A stretch of DNA of 64,000 nt from positions 1-64,000 of the forward strand of contig CAWHOE010000015.1 in NCBI GenBank assembly GCA_963830915.1. The letters run 5' to 3'. This document shows positions 62,351 to 64,000 of this stretch, piece by piece. The notes beneath the pieces were generated by a model. That model was not told the DNA's origin. It saw only the letters and a program-made list of their open reading frames with translations, and ran no database searches. The translations under genes and the position numbers were made by a program. Source of the stretch: a candidate division FCPU426 bacterium (GTDB lineage: Bacteria > Oederibacteriota > Muellerivitia > Muellerivitales > Muellerivitaceae). Every line of letters begins with the position of its first letter. The stretch's first letter is position 1.

Positions 62351-63580
62351 TCAGGCCTTGATGTGGTACTCGTCCTCGAAGGATTCCAGGTTGGGTTGGA
62401 TGATCTTGACCTCGCCCAAACGGTCAGCGACCGCTTCCTGGGTCTTCAAGCCGGTCCCGGTGATATAAGCTACCGTCAGCGCCTTGGGGTCCAGTGCCTT
62501 GGATTCGGCCAGCTTTTTCAGGCAGGCGATGGTCACGCCCCCGGCGGTCTCGGCGAAAATACCCTCGGTCCTGGCCAGGAGCTTGATGCCTTCCACGATC
62601 TCGTCATCGTTGGCCATCTCGGCCCCGCCATTGGTCTCCTCGATGGTCTTGAGCGCGTAATAACCGTCCGCCGGATTGCCGATCGCCAGTGATTTGGCGA
62701 TGGTATTGGGTTTGACCGGCCGGAAAGTGTCGGTCTTGTTCTTGAAGGCGGTCGTAACCGGCGAACAGCCCGAGGCTTGGGCCGCGAAAACCCTCATTTT
62801 CTTTTCCGGAATGAGCCCGACCTTGATGAATTCCTGGGTTCCCTTCCAGATCTTGGTAAGAAGGGATCCTGAGGCCACCGGTACTACCACTTGATCGGGA
62901 GCTTTCCACCCCAGTTGTTCGGCCGTCTCGAACCCGAGCGTCTTGGACCCTTCCGCGTAATAAGGCCTCATGTTGATGTTCACGAAGGCCCATTTGTACT
63001 TTCCCGCGATCTCACTGCAAAGACGATTGACGTCGTCATAATTGCCGTTGACCCCGATGAGGTTGGGGGCGTAGACCAGCGCGCCGACGACCTTGCCCTT
63101 TTCTAGGTTGGATGGAATGAATACGTAGCGCTTCAACCCGCCCCTGGCGCCGTAAGCTGCCACGGCGTTGGCCAGGTTGCCTGTGGAGGCGCAAGCCAGG
63201 GTGTCAAAACCCAATTCCTTCGCCCGAGTGGATGCGACCGCCACCACCCTGTCCTTGAAGGAATGGGTGGGATTGGCGCAGTCATTCTTCAGGTAGAGAT
63301 TGGAAAGCCCCAGCTCGGCTCCCAGTCGGTCAGCTTTTAGCAGGGGGGTAAAGCCCTCGCCCAGGGTGTTGAAATCCGTCCCTTCCACTGGCAAAAGCTC
63401 CCGGTAGCGCCAGATATCCTGGGAACGGGACATGATCTTCTCCCGGGAAATATCCTTCTTGATGGCTTCGTAATCGTAGGAAGCTTCCAGCGGGCCGAAA
63501 CAATACTCGCAAACATATTTGGCTGTCTTTTCGTACTCTTGGCCGCACTCCCGGCATTTCAACGCTTTCACGTAGCTCAT
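62351..63580 (-). CDS. thrC: Threonine synthase-like PLP enzyme under SAM riboswitch control
   Basis: N-terminal CxxC..CxxC, 'TLGEGFTPL', 'NPTHSFKDR', 'ASTGN', 'TGTGLK'; RBS before the ATG at 63580. Confidence 0.88.
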   Translation of the reverse strand: MSYVKALKCRECGQEYEKTAKYVCEYCFGPLEASYDYEAIKKDISREKIMSRSQDIWRYRELLPVEGTDFNTLGEGFTPLLKADRLGAELGLSNLYLKNDCANPTHSFKDRVVAVASTRAKELGFDTLACASTGNLANAVAAYGARGGLKRYVFIPSNLEKGKVVGALVYAPNLIGVNGNYDDVNRLCSEIAGKYKWAFVNINMRPYYAEGSKTLGFETAEQLGWKAPDQVVVPVASGSLLTKIWKGTQEFIKVGLIPEKKMRVFAAQASGCSPVTTAFKNKTDTFRPVKPNTIAKSLAIGNPADGYYALKTIEETNGGAEMANDDEIVEGIKLLARTEGIFAETAGGVTIACLKKLAESKALDPKALTVAYITGTGLKTQEAVADRLGEVKIIQPNLESFEDEYHIKA

Positions 63581-63595
63581 TCGGAACTCTCCCCT

Positions 63596-63628
63596 AAAAA
63601 AAAGGCCTCCATCCTTGAGATGGAAGCC
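63596..63628 (-). terminator. Riboswitch expression-platform terminator
   Basis: Minus strand reads GGCTTCCATC-TCAAG-GATGGAGGCC-TTTTTTTT. Confidence 0.88.
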
Positions 63629-63649
63629 ATGTATCTTGGTTTTCCCATC

Positions 63650-63772
63650 CCTCATCTTCCTCCGGTTCATTATCTGAATCCCGGAGACAGGAGTTGGCAC
63701 CTAACAACCCCATTCGGGGCCTGGTTGCCGTGGCTTCGCAGGGCCTGTCCCTCCGCCACTCTGGATAAAGAG
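63650..63772 (-). ncRNA. SAM-I (S-box) riboswitch
   Basis: Minus strand reads CTTTATCCAGAGTGGCGGAGGGACAGGCCC..GAAGCCACGGCAACC..GGTGCCAACTCC..GATGAG, matching the SAM-I core. Confidence 0.93.
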
Positions 63773-63843
63773 GTTAAATTGTCAGGCAATGTTAGCGGTG
63801 GAAAGCTTAAGAAGTCAAGACCGCTTGGAAACTTGGTGCATCC

Positions 63844-64000
63844 TTAATCAGTGGCGACCTCGATCTTGAGGATCTCGTAATCCAGTACGCCGACCGGGAT
63901 GGGTATTTTGACCTTCTCCCCGACTTTCTTCCCCATCATGCCCTGCGCGATGGGGGTGCGGATGGATATCTTGTTCTGGGCGAAATTCGAGTTCTTCCTC
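63844..64000 (-). CDS. greA: Transcription elongation factor GreA, 3' end (partial)
   Basis: Manual translation gives 'NKISIRTPIAQGMMGKKVGEKVKIPIPVGVLDYEILKIE'. Confidence 0.85.
   Translation of the reverse strand, partial: RKNSNFAQNKISIRTPIAQGMMGKKVGEKVKIPIPVGVLDYEILKIEVATD

Noticed and set aside
63581..63700. 40-aa N-terminal extension of the thrC ORF
   Set aside because: It overlaps the SAM riboswitch and terminator; the RBS supports the ATG at 63580.

Overview
A 64-kb bacterial chromosomal segment of moderately high GC. Pro/Thr-linker secreted proteins suggest an uncultured lineage, but the taxon cannot be established from sequence alone. In order, it holds: an internal relic of a Wadjet jetA (DUF3375) gene; a class III nucleotide cyclase; PPK2; a ~10.5-kb Gly-rich autotransporter; a GH5 hydrolase; a ~930-bp intergenic array of three CCGG-centred repeat families; aroB; an ECF sigma/lepB operon facing an OmpR-type two-component system; an arsenic operon (arsR-arsM-arsC-acr3-arsC); a ThiF/MoeB E1-like gene; PFOR with a DHODH-like partner; a sulfur-carrier operon (MoaD/ThiS, NIL, degenerate ThiF, cysK); a B12 radical SAM enzyme; an active/inactive Deg protease pair; carbohydrate-active proteins; a second PPK2; a second ECF module; a rhodanese; a SAM-I-riboswitch-controlled threonine-synthase-like gene; and the end of greA. 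The best leads are (1) two complementary half-functional E1-like proteins that could form a heterodimeric E1 for a SAM-regulated sulfur relay, and (2) the phased repeat array at 17.3-18.3 kb. About 12 single-base frameshifts look like assembly errors. Family assignments come from motif recognition, not database searches.
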